From positions 96,001-160,000 of the forward strand of contig CAVXKA010000002.1 in the NCBI GenBank assembly GCA_963762255.1: a DNA stretch of 64,000 nt, in the 5' to 3' direction. The notes beneath the pieces were generated by a model that saw only the letters and a program-made list of their open reading frames with translations, was not told the DNA's origin and ran no database searches. Origin of the DNA: Candidatus Eiseniibacteriota bacterium (GTDB taxonomy: Bacteria > Eisenbacteria > RBG-16-71-46 > JABDJR01). This document shows, one piece after another, positions 49,619 to 60,132 of the stretch. A program made the position numbers and the translations under genes. Within the stretch, counting starts at the first letter, position 1. Each line of letters starts with the position of its first letter.

Positions 49619-50974
49619 ATGAACAGAATGCCGCACGCGATCGCGGAGGCGACCCGCCCGGTGCGGGTCGCCTTCCGCACATTCGGGTGCAAACTCAACC
49701 TCTACGAATCCTCGGGCATGGCTCAGGCCGCGGCCCGGAGCGGCTATCGCATCACCGAGGAGTTGGACGACGCCGACGTGGTGGTCGTGAACACCTGCTC
49801 GGTGACGGCGCGTGCCGACCAGGAGGCGCGCCAGTTCCTGCGGGCCATGCACCGTCGTCGCCCCGGCGCCCGGCTGGTGGTGACCGGCTGCTACGCGCAG
49901 CGCGCGGCCCAGGAGCTGGCCGCGATCCCCGGCGTGGCCCTGGTCGCCGGCCACGGCGAGAAGGATGACCTGCACGAGCTTCTCGGCGCGCTACCCGCTG
50001 CCGGTGAGCCTTCCCGCATCGCGGTGAGCCCGCTCTCGGGCAAGACGATGACGCGGCTGCGAGCGGTGGGGGTGGAGGGGCGCACCCGGGCGCTGGTGCG
50101 CGTGCAGGACGGCTGCGACTCGGCATGCACCTACTGCATCGTCCCTCGCACGCGCGGTGCCTCGCGGAGTCTCTCCCTGGAGGAATCGATCGAGGAGGCC
50201 CGGCGCCTGCTCGCCGCCGGCTACCGGGAACTCGTGGTCACCGGCACGCACCTCGGTCAGTTCGGGACCGATCTGTCGCCGCGCCGCTCGCTCGCCGACC
50301 TCGTCGAGGCGCTCATCGCCCTGCCCGCCCCGCACTTCTTCAGGATCCGGCTCTCGTCGATCGAACCTCAGGAGATCGACGCCCGTCTCATCGAGATGCT
50401 GGCGGGCTCGCCCGCGCTGGCGCCGCACCTTCACCTGCCGCTGCAATCCGGGAGCGACGACTTGCTCCGCGCCATGCGCCGCTCCTACCGCACGCCGGCG
50501 TACCGCCGGCAGGTGCAGGCGGTGACGTCCCGCGTCGCCCCGTTGGCCTTGGGCGCGGATCTCATCGTGGGTTTCCCCGGAGAGACCGAGGCCGACTTCC
50601 GGCGCACCCTGGAATTCCTGAACGAGCTTCCGTTCACGCACCTCCACCCCTTCACCTTCTCGCCCCGGCCAGGCACCCCCGCCGCAGTCCGGCCCGGCCG
50701 CCCTCCGGGGGACATCTCCGCCCGCCGGCTCGCCGCCGCCAACTCTCTGGTCGGCGAGAAGAACCGCGCCTTCCGGCGAGCGCTCCTCGGCCGCACCGCG
50801 CGAGTGCTGGTCGAAGAGACCGCTCCGGACGGCGTGAGCGAGGGTTTCAGCGAACACTACGTGCGCGTGCGTTTCCCGGCCCCGCGCGATCTCGCCGGGT
50901 TCTTCGCCGATGTGGCGCTTTCCGAGTTGACCGAGGACGGCCTCTCCGGTCACCTTATCGAGGCACTCCCTTGA
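49619..50974 (+). CDS. mtaB: tRNA t6A37 methylthiotransferase MtaB
   Basis: TFGCKLN, NTCSVT, TGCYAQ, VQDGCDSACTYC, RLSSIEP. Confidence 0.9.
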   Translation: MNRMPHAIAEATRPVRVAFRTFGCKLNLYESSGMAQAAARSGYRITEELDDADVVVVNTCSVTARADQEARQFLRAMHRRRPGARLVVTGCYAQRAAQELAAIPGVALVAGHGEKDDLHELLGALPAAGEPSRIAVSPLSGKTMTRLRAVGVEGRTRALVRVQDGCDSACTYCIVPRTRGASRSLSLEESIEEARRLLAAGYRELVVTGTHLGQFGTDLSPRRSLADLVEALIALPAPHFFRIRLSSIEPQEIDARLIEMLAGSPALAPHLHLPLQSGSDDLLRAMRRSYRTPAYRRQVQAVTSRVAPLALGADLIVGFPGETEADFRRTLEFLNELPFTHLHPFTFSPRPGTPAAVRPGRPPGDISARRLAAANSLVGEKNRAFRRALLGRTARVLVEETAPDGVSEGFSEHYVRVRFPAPRDLAGFFADVALSELTEDGLSGHLIEALP

Positions 50975-50993
50975 GGCCCGGCCAAGGACCCCT

Positions 50994-52319
50994 ATGAACG
51001 CCTACCTCGAAACGTACGGCTGTCAGATGAACCTCAACGAATCCGACGTCCTCGGGCGGCGGCTCACTGAGGCGGGCTTCGTCATGGTGGCACGCCCGGA
51101 GGACGCCGAGGTCGTGCTGCTCAACACGTGCAGCATTCGGGAGCACGCCGAGCACAAGGTGGTGAGCCGGCTCGGCGTGTTGCGCAAGCTCAAGGACGAG
51201 GGCACCTGTCGTGTCCTGGGCGTCACCGGCTGCATGGCACAGCGCCTGGGGGGCGAGTTTCTGTCCCTCGCCCCGTTCCTCGACCTCGTCGTGGGCTCGG
51301 GGGCCTACCCGCGATTCCTCGACACCCTGCGCGCGCAGATGGACTCCGGCCGGCCGCAGGTGGACGTCGGCTACGCCCGCGACTTCGAAGCCGAGGATCT
51401 TCCGCAGCTCGAGCCCGGAGAGATCAAGACCTTCCTCAGCATCATCCGGGGCTGCGACAACGCCTGCCATTACTGCATCGTTCCCTTCACCCGCGGCCGG
51501 GAACGATCCAAGCCGATGGGGCAGATCCTGCGCGAGACCGAGTGGTGCGTGGAGCAGGGTGTCAAGGAGATCACGCTCCTCGGTCAGAACGTGAACCATT
51601 ACCGGGATGGGGAATTCGGGCTGGCCGAGTGCCTGCGTCTGGTGGCGCGGGTGGCCGGCCTGGAGCGGGTCCGCTACACCACGTCGCACCCCGGGTACAT
51701 GACCGACGACGTTCTCGTGGCCATGGCCGAGGAGGAGCGGGTGATGCCCCATCTGCACCTCCCCGTGCAGTCCGGCAGCGACCGGGTACTCGCCGCCATG
51801 AATCGCGAGTACACTGTCGCGCGGTACCGGGCGCTGGTGGATCGGGCTCGCGACCTGATGCCGGACATCGCCATCACGACCGACATCATCGCGGGCTACC
51901 CGGGCGAGACCGAGGAGGACTTCCGAGCCACGTATCGACTCATGGAGGACGTGCGCTTCGATTCCGCCTTCATGTTCAAGTACTCGCCGCGCCGGGGCAC
52001 GGTCGCCGCGGGAACGCCCGACGACGTGACCGGCCCGGAGAAACAGCGGCGCCTGGCCTCGATCATCGATCTGCAGCGCAAGATCACCCACGAGCGCTCG
52101 GTGCGCTTCGTGGGGCGGGAGGTCGAGGTTCTGGTGGACGGGATGAGCGGCCGCGGCGGCGGGGCGGTGACGGGCAAGACCCGTGAGTTCAAGAGCGCGG
52201 TGCTGCCGGGGGATCCTTCGTGGATCGGCACCCTGCGGCGCATGCGGGTGACCGAGGCGCGCGGGGTGACCCTCACCGGCGTGCCGGCGCGAACGGAGGC
52301 CGCGGTCCCCGCGGCGTAG
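50994..52319 (+). CDS. miaB: tRNA i6A37 methylthiotransferase MiaB
   Basis: TYGCQMN, NTCSIRE, GCDNACHYCIVP, LLGQNVN, TSHP, TRAM domain. Confidence 0.94.
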   Translation: MNAYLETYGCQMNLNESDVLGRRLTEAGFVMVARPEDAEVVLLNTCSIREHAEHKVVSRLGVLRKLKDEGTCRVLGVTGCMAQRLGGEFLSLAPFLDLVVGSGAYPRFLDTLRAQMDSGRPQVDVGYARDFEAEDLPQLEPGEIKTFLSIIRGCDNACHYCIVPFTRGRERSKPMGQILRETEWCVEQGVKEITLLGQNVNHYRDGEFGLAECLRLVARVAGLERVRYTTSHPGYMTDDVLVAMAEEERVMPHLHLPVQSGSDRVLAAMNREYTVARYRALVDRARDLMPDIAITTDIIAGYPGETEEDFRATYRLMEDVRFDSAFMFKYSPRRGTVAAGTPDDVTGPEKQRRLASIIDLQRKITHERSVRFVGREVEVLVDGMSGRGGGAVTGKTREFKSAVLPGDPSWIGTLRRMRVTEARGVTLTGVPARTEAAVPAA

Positions 52320-52329
52320 GAGGCGGCAG

Positions 52330-52683
52330 ATGTGGTTCGTGAAGGCCCTGCTTGGGATTGTCTTGCTGGCGGCCGCGCTGTGGGTCGGCTATCTGAACAT
52401 CAATCAGGAAGTCAGCATCTACCTCACCGACCCCAACATCCCCAGCTTGCCCTCGGTGCCCCTGGCCATGGCGCTCTTGGGTGCGTTCATCCTCGGGATC
52501 CTCGTCTGGTTCGTGATCTCCTTCTACCAGGTCGTCTCGGCCAAGTCGGAAGTGGCGGCGCTCAAGCGCAAGAGCCGCCAGTTGAGCCGGGAGTTGACCG
52601 ACCTGCGGAACATGCCGGTCAAGGATCTCGATCCGGAGAGCCTGGTGACGGAGGGCGCGGATGAGGAAGGTCGCGGCCGCTAG
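52330..52683 (+). CDS. lapA: LapA family membrane protein
   Basis: Two TM helices plus coiled-coil tail; directly upstream of lapB-like gene. Confidence 0.65.
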   Translation: MWFVKALLGIVLLAAALWVGYLNINQEVSIYLTDPNIPSLPSVPLAMALLGAFILGILVWFVISFYQVVSAKSEVAALKRKSRQLSRELTDLRNMPVKDLDPESLVTEGADEEGRGR

Positions 52684-52704
52684 GCGGCGGGGAGGCGTAT
52701 CGCG

Positions 52705-53859
52705 ATGAAGCCGTCGGAAATCCTCCTCCTGGCCATCTTCTCGCTCGCTTTGATCGCCCTGCTCTGGCTCCTGTGGGCCTGGGTTCGGGTGCAGCGACGC
52801 CGAGCGGCCCCTCCTCTGGCCCCCTATACGCAGGCGCTTTCCGCTCTGGTCGGCGGGGACCGCGTCGAGGCGCTGCGCCGGCTCAAGGAGGCGGTGCAAC
52901 TCGACTCCGAGAACCTGGATGCGTACGTGCGGCTCGGCGATCTCCTGCGCGAGAGCGGCCAAGTGCAGAAGGCGCTCGCCGTGCACCGCGACCTGACCGT
53001 GCGTCCGCGCCTGCAGGAGGCCGATCGGGTGCGCATCCTCGAAAGTCTCACGCGCGACTACCTCGCCGCGGATCGCTTCGAGGAGGCGGGCCAGAGCGCG
53101 GAGCGCCTGCGCCACATCGATCGCACCAATCGTTTCGGTGCGCGCGCCCTGCAACAGGTGGCGGAGGCTCTGCACGACTGGTCCCGCGCCCTCCAGGTGG
53201 TGGAGGAGCGGACGAAGCAGGAGGGGCTCGACAAGACCTCTCTGTCCCGCTACCGCGGATTCGTGGGGGCGGAGGAGCTGGCCGTCGGGCGGACCAAGGA
53301 GGCGCGCCAGCACTTCGAGGAAGCCCTCAAGCTCGACCCGGAATGCCTGCTCGCCGAGCTCTACCTCGGGGACATGGAAGAGACGGAAGGGCGCATGGAC
53401 AAGGCGGTGGATCACTGGCGCAACGTGGCCCTCAAGGCCCCGCAGCACGCCGACCTCGTCTTCGATCGTCTCGAGCGCGCGTTCTTCGAGCTGGGCAACT
53501 ACGGCGAGGTCGTCTCGTTTTATCGGGAGCTGCTGGACCGGTCGCCGCGCGAGGCATCGGTGCCCGCCCTCCTCGCACTCGCCGAGATCCATCGCCGCAA
53601 GGGGGATCTCGTGGAAGCCGAGGCCTTCATCCAGGAAGCGCTCGAAGTGGATCCCGACCACATGCGGGCGCGCCGACAACTCGTGAAGCTCGCCCTGGAT
53701 CGGCGGGATCCTCACGCGGCGCTCATCCACGTGGATCGTCTCCTCTCGAACATGGAGCGCGGCGAGGGGCCCGGGAATTGCCGCCACTGCAGCCGCCCCC
53801 TCGATCGCGCTCTCTGGCGTTGCCCGCACTGCCGGGGGCTCAACCCCCTGGGGCTCTAG
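52705..53859 (+). CDS. lapB: LapB/YciM-like TPR protein with C-terminal rubredoxin motif
   Basis: N-terminal TM, LGDLLRE.G...A..VH, TPRs, CRHC...WRCPHC. Confidence 0.75.
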   Translation: MKPSEILLLAIFSLALIALLWLLWAWVRVQRRRAAPPLAPYTQALSALVGGDRVEALRRLKEAVQLDSENLDAYVRLGDLLRESGQVQKALAVHRDLTVRPRLQEADRVRILESLTRDYLAADRFEEAGQSAERLRHIDRTNRFGARALQQVAEALHDWSRALQVVEERTKQEGLDKTSLSRYRGFVGAEELAVGRTKEARQHFEEALKLDPECLLAELYLGDMEETEGRMDKAVDHWRNVALKAPQHADLVFDRLERAFFELGNYGEVVSFYRELLDRSPREASVPALLALAEIHRRKGDLVEAEAFIQEALEVDPDHMRARRQLVKLALDRRDPHAALIHVDRLLSNMERGEGPGNCRHCSRPLDRALWRCPHCRGLNPLGL

Positions 53860-53860
53860 G

Positions 53861-54979
53861 GTGCGACGGTCGCTCCCTTGGGTCGCCGCGTCGATCGTTC
53901 TGCTCGGCGCCGCTGCGGGGCAGGCAGCATCCATCGGAGATGTGCGCGTTTTGCTCGACCGCGGTGAGCGCGCGCAGGCCCGCGAGACGCTCGACGCGAT
54001 GCTTGGCGGCCAAGGCGGGCTTGACGGGGAGGCGCGCGACGAGGCCGCCATCCTTCGCGCCGATCTCGAAGAGGACGGCGCGCTCTACGAAGAGCGCCTG
54101 CGTGAGCTGCTGGACGACGGCGGCAGCCCAGCGCGGGAGGCCCGCCTGCGGCTGGCGCTCGGGCACGCGCTCTTCGCGCGCGGGGAGATCCATCTCGCGC
54201 TCGGTCAGTTTCAGAAGGGGCGCGAAAAAGGACTCATCGAGGAAGGCAGCCTCTGGGAGGGCATGTGCGCTCTCGCACTGGGCGACCCTCCTTCGGCTCG
54301 CGAGGCGCTCGACCGGGCGGCGTTCTCGGGGAACCCCGCGACGCGTCAGCGCGCGCTCCTCGCTCTCGGCGACTCCTACCGCCTGGCCGGGGATCCGGAA
54401 GAAGCAATGGCCTGGTATCGGCGAGTCACCGACGACTCCGCCGACGGACCGGGTTGGTCGGCGAGCGCCCGACTCCATCACGCGGAGTGCCTGCGCACTT
54501 TGAAGCGCGACGACGAGGCGCAGGAGATTCTGCGCGAGTTGCTCGACACCGCGCCCGCTTCCTACGACGCGCCCGCGGCCCGCGCGCTGCTACGCGCGCT
54601 CACCCCCGCGCCGCCGGCTCCGCAACCGGTGTCCGACGTCGTTGAGCCTTCCGCGGAGCCGCCTTCCGGTGCGCTTCCAGATTCCGCGGTCGTCACGCCG
54701 CCGACCGACGACGCGACGGACGGTTCGGGCGATGCGCCTGCGGCCGGCACCTTCGCCGTCCAGCTCGGCGCGTTCACTTCGGAGGAGAACGCGGTGGCGC
54801 TGGCCGCCGCGGCGCGGGAGCGCACCGACCGCCGGGTGCGCATCCTGAAGGGGAGCGACGGGCTGCTTCGCGTGGTCGTCGGGGACTTCTCCGATCACGC
54901 CGCGGCAGGCGCCTTCGGAGACTCCCTGAGCTCGGCGATCGGCGCGAACGCGTCCGTCGTGCCCGCCCCCGGAGACTGA
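53861..54979 (+). CDS. Periplasmic TPR + SPOR domain protein
   Basis: Signal peptide, TPRs, Pro-rich linker, FAVQLGAF..NA SPOR motif. Confidence 0.82.
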   Translation: MRRSLPWVAASIVLLGAAAGQAASIGDVRVLLDRGERAQARETLDAMLGGQGGLDGEARDEAAILRADLEEDGALYEERLRELLDDGGSPAREARLRLALGHALFARGEIHLALGQFQKGREKGLIEEGSLWEGMCALALGDPPSAREALDRAAFSGNPATRQRALLALGDSYRLAGDPEEAMAWYRRVTDDSADGPGWSASARLHHAECLRTLKRDDEAQEILRELLDTAPASYDAPAARALLRALTPAPPAPQPVSDVVEPSAEPPSGALPDSAVVTPPTDDATDGSGDAPAAGTFAVQLGAFTSEENAVALAAAARERTDRRVRILKGSDGLLRVVVGDFSDHAAAGAFGDSLSSAIGANASVVPAPGD

Positions 54980-54980
54980 C

Positions 54981-57572
54981 GTGGCACGCGCGCCCAGCCC
55001 CTCGGAAACCCCGGTGATGCGTCAGTATCTTTCCTTCAAGGAGCGGCACCCGGACGCCATCCTCTTCTTCCGCATGGGCGATTTCTACGAGATGTTCTTC
55101 GCCGACGCGGAGCTCGCCGCCCGGGAACTCGGCCTCACGCTCACCTCACGCGACAAGGGGAGAGAGGGCTCGGTGCCCATGGCGGGGGTGCCGCACCACG
55201 CCGCGGAGGGCTATATCGCCCGGCTCGTGCGCAAGGGGTATCGGGTGGCGGTGTGCGAGCAGCTCGGCGATCCGGCGAAGACGCGTGGGATCGTGGACCG
55301 CGGGGTGGTCGAGGTGATCACGCCTGGCACCGCGCTCAGTGACGCGCTCGTCTCCGAGACCGTCAACAACTACGTGGCCGCCGCGCACCGCGCGCGGGAT
55401 GTGGTGGGGTTCGCCGCCGCGGACATCACGACGGGTGAGTTCTTCCTGGAGGATTTCCCACTCGAACGCTTCGAGCAGGACGTGGCCCGGCTCTCGATCG
55501 CGGAGTGGGTGGTGCCGGACGGAGAAGAGATGTTCGCGCTCCCCCGAGACGCCGCGCCCCCCGTCCGACGGCCGGGCTGGTGGTTCGACGAAACGCGGGG
55601 GCGGCGCGAGCTGGAGGCGCACTTCCGCGTGCAGAGTCTCGCCGGCTTCGACTGCCACGACCTCGGTCCGGCCGTCGGCGCGGGGGGCGCGCTTCTCGAC
55701 TACTTGCGCGAGGTGCGAGGTCCCGAGCTGCGTCACGTGGTGCGCGCGAGGCGTCTGGGCGCCCGCGACTTCATGGTGCTCGACGCCACCACGCGGCGCA
55801 ACCTCGAGCTCACCGCCTCGCTCCTCGGCGAGGGGCGCGATCTCACGCTGCTCGGCGCCATCGACCGCACGCTCACGAGCCTCGGCGCGCGCCGGCTGCG
55901 CGCGTGGCTGGAGCGCCCTCTCGTCCGGCGCGAGGCGATCGAGGCTCGGCTCGATGCGGTCGAGGAGTTGGTGAACCGGACCGAGGAGACGGAGCTTCTC
56001 GCCGAAACCCTTCGCCGGTTCCGCGATCTCGAGCGGCTGCTGGGCAAGGCGGCGTGCGGCAAGGCCTCGCCGAGGGATCTGCGGGCGCTCGGCGAGGGAG
56101 CGCTGGCCACCCCGGAACTGCGCGAGCGCCTCGGCATGTTCCGCGCCGCGGTGCTGCACGACTTCGCGACCGCTGCGCCGGACCTGTCGGCCCTCGGCCG
56201 GCGCCTCGACGAGGCCCTCGTGGACGCCCCGCCGCTCGCCGTAGGAGAGGGAGGCGTCTTCCGACCGGGCTGGAACGCGGAGCTCGACGCGCTTCGCGAC
56301 CGCTCCCGGGGGGGCAAGGACTGGATCGCGCGCCTGCAGGAACAGGAACGCCAGGCGACCGGCATCGCGACGCTCAAGGTGGGCTACAACCGGGTGTTCG
56401 GCTACTACCTCGAGGTCACCTCCGCGCAGCAGGACAAGGTGCCGCCGCACTATATCCGCAAGCAGACGCTGGTCAACGCGGAGCGCTACGTCACGCCCGA
56501 GTTGAAAGAGGAGGAGGAACGCATCCTCGGCGCCGAGGAGCGCCTTCGCGCGCTGGAGATCGAGCTCTTCGCCGCGCTGCGCAACGAGGCGGTCGATTGT
56601 GCCGGAGACATTCAGTCGGTGGCGGAGGCGGTGGGAGCTTCGGATGCGCTGCAAGGGCTGGCGCGGGCTGCCCGCGAGGGACGCTACGTCCGCCCGGAGA
56701 TCGTCGAGGAACCGGTGCTCGACCTGCGCGACGCGCGCCACCCGGTGGTGGAGCGGCTGCTGGCCGCGGGAGAGTTCGTTCCCAACGACCTCGCCCTGGA
56801 CGCCTCGGCGCGCCAGATCGCCATCATCACCGGACCCAACATGGCCGGCAAGTCCACCTTCCTGCGCCAGGCGGGCCTTCTCACCCTTCTCGCGCAGATG
56901 GGCTCGTTCGTTCCCGCCACGCGCGCGAAGGTGGGGATCGTTGACCGTGTCTTCACGCGCGTGGGCGCCTCGGACAACATCGCGCGCGGCCAGTCCACGT
57001 TCATGGTGGAGATGGAGGAGACCGCCACCATCCTCAACGCGGCCACCGGACGGAGCCTCGTCCTCCTCGACGAAGTCGGCCGCGGGACGAGCACCTACGA
57101 CGGGCTAAGCCTCGCCTGGGCGGTGACCGAACACCTTCATGAGCGGCGGGAAGGACGTCCCCGCACGCTCTTCGCCACCCATTATCATGAGCTGACCGCG
57201 CTCGGGGAGCATCTTCCGCGGGTGGTGAACCTGAACGTGCAAGTCAAAGAGTGGAACGGCAAGGTGATCTTCCTGCGGAAGATCGTCGAGGGCGCCGCCG
57301 ACAAGAGCTACGGGATCCACGTCGCCGAGCTGGCCGGCCTGCCGGCGGAAGTGGTGGCGCGCGCCAAAGAGGTGCTGGCGAAACTGGAGGAGGGGCGCTT
57401 CGCACGCACCGCGGGTGACACGCGATCGCCGGAGCCCCAGCTCACGCTTTTCGAGCCGGTCGGTCACGAACTGCTGGACGCGCTGGCCGACCTGCGACCG
57501 GAGGCGATGACCCCGCTGGACGCGTTGGCGCTTCTCACCGCGTGGAAGAAACACTATGGAGGACCTTCGTGA
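54981..57572 (+). CDS. mutS: DNA mismatch repair protein MutS
   Basis: TPVMRQY, FRMGDFYE, TGPNMAGKST, STFMVEM, LDEVGRGTST, FATHYHEL. Confidence 0.97.
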   Translation: MARAPSPSETPVMRQYLSFKERHPDAILFFRMGDFYEMFFADAELAARELGLTLTSRDKGREGSVPMAGVPHHAAEGYIARLVRKGYRVAVCEQLGDPAKTRGIVDRGVVEVITPGTALSDALVSETVNNYVAAAHRARDVVGFAAADITTGEFFLEDFPLERFEQDVARLSIAEWVVPDGEEMFALPRDAAPPVRRPGWWFDETRGRRELEAHFRVQSLAGFDCHDLGPAVGAGGALLDYLREVRGPELRHVVRARRLGARDFMVLDATTRRNLELTASLLGEGRDLTLLGAIDRTLTSLGARRLRAWLERPLVRREAIEARLDAVEELVNRTEETELLAETLRRFRDLERLLGKAACGKASPRDLRALGEGALATPELRERLGMFRAAVLHDFATAAPDLSALGRRLDEALVDAPPLAVGEGGVFRPGWNAELDALRDRSRGGKDWIARLQEQERQATGIATLKVGYNRVFGYYLEVTSAQQDKVPPHYIRKQTLVNAERYVTPELKEEEERILGAEERLRALEIELFAALRNEAVDCAGDIQSVAEAVGASDALQGLARAAREGRYVRPEIVEEPVLDLRDARHPVVERLLAAGEFVPNDLALDASARQIAIITGPNMAGKSTFLRQAGLLTLLAQMGSFVPATRAKVGIVDRVFTRVGASDNIARGQSTFMVEMEETATILNAATGRSLVLLDEVGRGTSTYDGLSLAWAVTEHLHERREGRPRTLFATHYHELTALGEHLPRVVNLNVQVKEWNGKVIFLRKIVEGAADKSYGIHVAELAGLPAEVVARAKEVLAKLEEGRFARTAGDTRSPEPQLTLFEPVGHELLDALADLRPEAMTPLDALALLTAWKKHYGGPS

Positions 57573-60121
57573 TGCGAACTCCTTGGCGATGCCGGTGGCA
57601 GACGGGGTTGGCGGCCGCGCTTGCGGGGGTGCTGGGAAGCATGTCGGTGATCGTATCGGCGAGCGCGGCTGACGCGCCCGCGCGTCTCGATTCGCGGCTT
57701 CGGCTCGCCGCGTCGCGCCACGTGGCCGCGGCGCTCGCGCCTTCCTCGAGGCAGGAGGGGGAGAGCCCGGCCCAATCTCCCCGGGTCTCGCTCTTCCTGA
57801 AAGGCGATCCCGACCTCGCAGCGCTGGACCGCCTGGGCGTTCGCCTGCGGACGCGCGTCGGCGATCTCTGGACCGCCGACGCCCCGCTCGACGCGGTGCC
57901 CGGTCTGACCCGCGTGCGCGGCCTCGCGGCGGCCTCCCTCGGCGCTCCCATGGTCACGTTGCTGGACGCCTCCGTGATCGCCGTGAACGCGGACACGCTG
58001 CGAGAGCGGGCGGGCGATGCCTGGTCGGGGCGGACCGGCGAGGGGGTTGTGGTTGGGATCGTGGACACGGGGATCGACTTCACCCACGAAGATTTCCAGC
58101 GACCCGACTGGACCACCCGGATTCTCTATCTCTGGGATCAGGATGACGTCGTCGGGCCGCCCCCGGGCCAGGAAGTCCTCACGGACGGGTACGGCACGGA
58201 ATGGACGTCCCTGCAGATCGACAACCCGGGCGTCTCGGTGCGCGCCAGAGACGAGGTGGGGCACGGGACGCGCGTGGCGGGAGTGGCCGCGGGCAACGGA
58301 CGCGCCTCCGATCTGGAAGAGCGGCGATACCAGTACGCCGGCATCGCACCGGAAGCGGACCTGATCGTGGTGAGCGTCAAGAACTTCGTGACCGACGCCG
58401 AGATCGTCGACGCGATCGGCTACATCTTTCGCCGCGCAGAACTGTTGGGGAGACCGGCGGTCGTCAACCTATCCCTCGGAACGCATTTCGGTCCGCACGA
58501 CGGCACCGGTTTTCTCGAGCAAGCCATCGACGGCCTCGTCGGTCCGGGTAGGCTCCTCGTGGCCGCCGCGGGGAACGAGGGGGACGACAGCGTTCACGCC
58601 GAGCTGCACGTGCCCGCATTCGGCGGAGACAGCGCCACGGTGGCGGTCGAAGCTCCGGCGGAAGTGGCCGTCGAACTCTTCAGCATCAACGCCTACTGTC
58701 GCCGCCCGGACTCCCTCGCCGTCACGCTGGTGAGCCCGGCGGGAAAGCGATTCGGCCCGTACCACCTGGGCGACGAGGAGGACCCGGGAAGGCTCACCGG
58801 AGAGGGAACTCTTGCTCTGCTCTATCAGGACGTCGATCCTGTGGGGAGCAACCTCGAGGTGCTCATCGATCTCAGCGATTACAATCCTTCGGGCAGCGGG
58901 ACGGTGCCTCCTCCGGCCAAGGGACTCTGGCGGGTTGTATTCACCGATCTGAACGGCGCTCCCGGAGGAGGTGAGGTCGATCTCTGGATCGCCCAGCACT
59001 ACCCGACATCCGCTCAAGCACACTGGCGGGGGCACGGCTACGATCCGACGGAGGAGATCGCGTCACCGGGTACCGCCATGCGGGTCATCACCGTCGGCTC
59101 CTTCAACAGCAAGCGCTGTTGGACCAACCCCAGCGATCAGTCGCAGTGCACAACCGCTCCCGAAGCGGTGAGCCAGATCGGGCAGGTCACGTTCTTCTCG
59201 AGCCGCGGTCCCACGCGCGACGGACGGCTGAAGCCGGAACTCTGCGCACCCGGTTTCATAGTCGCCTCGGCCTTCTCGCATCAGATGGACCCCACGTTGC
59301 CGGCGATGGGGTTGGGCCAGACCGTGGACCCCGACGGCCAGCACGCGGTCTTCGCGGGAACGAGCATCGCCGCGCCTCACGTGACCGGGGCGTTCGCGCT
59401 CCTGCTCGAGACGATGCCCACCATTACACCGGAGGAGACGATGACGCGCGTGCGCTCCTCGGTGCGCACCGACGAGTTCACCGGCCCGGTGTGGAGCGCC
59501 GCGGGAGGGTTCGGGAAGCTGGACGTGGGCCGGCTGGTCGATCCAGCGCTGGTCCCGGTGTTGGAGCGTCGCTTCCTCGTCTCGACCGGCGAAGGCGGGC
59601 TCCCGGTCCTGTCCTGGGAGGCGCTCCCCGAGGACCCGACGATCGCCTTCACGTTGCAGCGGAGCGACGGCGGTCCCGACTGGAGCGACCGCGCGTTCTT
59701 CACCGGCCCCGGCCCGCACCTCTGGCAGGAGCGGATGCCGACCCCCGACGGCACACGGTATCGGCTGCTGGGACGGACTCGCTCCGGCGAGAGCGTTCTC
59801 TGGGGGGAGACGGCCTGGTGGGGGAGCGCCCGCCAACCCGGGCTTGTCCTGGCCCCGCCGATGTCGAACCCGTTCCGCTCCACCGCCGAGGTAGCGTTCC
59901 GACTGGATGGGGCGACCGGCCCCGTGCCGCTGCGAGCGTCGATCCGCGACGCGGCGGGGCGTCTCGTTCGCCTCCTCGGTGAGGTGATGACCTTCGGAAG
60001 CGGCAGCGTGCGATGGGACGGCCGCGACGATCGCGGCACCGAGGTTCCCGCAGGGGTATATTGGCTCAGCGTGGAAGCGGGCCTCTTCGCGAGGTCTGTG
60101 AAGCTGGTTCGTTTGCCATGA
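57572..60121 (+). CDS. Secreted S8 (subtilisin-like) serine peptidase with C-terminal FlgD Ig-like domain
   Basis: VDTGID, HGTRVAG, AGTSIAAPHV; C-term NPF...AGRLVR..WDGRDD.G..V.AGVY. Confidence 0.88.
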   Translation: MRTPWRCRWQTGLAAALAGVLGSMSVIVSASAADAPARLDSRLRLAASRHVAAALAPSSRQEGESPAQSPRVSLFLKGDPDLAALDRLGVRLRTRVGDLWTADAPLDAVPGLTRVRGLAAASLGAPMVTLLDASVIAVNADTLRERAGDAWSGRTGEGVVVGIVDTGIDFTHEDFQRPDWTTRILYLWDQDDVVGPPPGQEVLTDGYGTEWTSLQIDNPGVSVRARDEVGHGTRVAGVAAGNGRASDLEERRYQYAGIAPEADLIVVSVKNFVTDAEIVDAIGYIFRRAELLGRPAVVNLSLGTHFGPHDGTGFLEQAIDGLVGPGRLLVAAAGNEGDDSVHAELHVPAFGGDSATVAVEAPAEVAVELFSINAYCRRPDSLAVTLVSPAGKRFGPYHLGDEEDPGRLTGEGTLALLYQDVDPVGSNLEVLIDLSDYNPSGSGTVPPPAKGLWRVVFTDLNGAPGGGEVDLWIAQHYPTSAQAHWRGHGYDPTEEIASPGTAMRVITVGSFNSKRCWTNPSDQSQCTTAPEAVSQIGQVTFFSSRGPTRDGRLKPELCAPGFIVASAFSHQMDPTLPAMGLGQTVDPDGQHAVFAGTSIAAPHVTGAFALLLETMPTITPEETMTRVRSSVRTDEFTGPVWSAAGGFGKLDVGRLVDPALVPVLERRFLVSTGEGGLPVLSWEALPEDPTIAFTLQRSDGGPDWSDRAFFTGPGPHLWQERMPTPDGTRYRLLGRTRSGESVLWGETAWWGSARQPGLVLAPPMSNPFRSTAEVAFRLDGATGPVPLRASIRDAAGRLVRLLGEVMTFGSGSVRWDGRDDRGTEVPAGVYWLSVEAGLFARSVKLVRLP

Positions 60122-60132
60122 ACGGAGGGGGC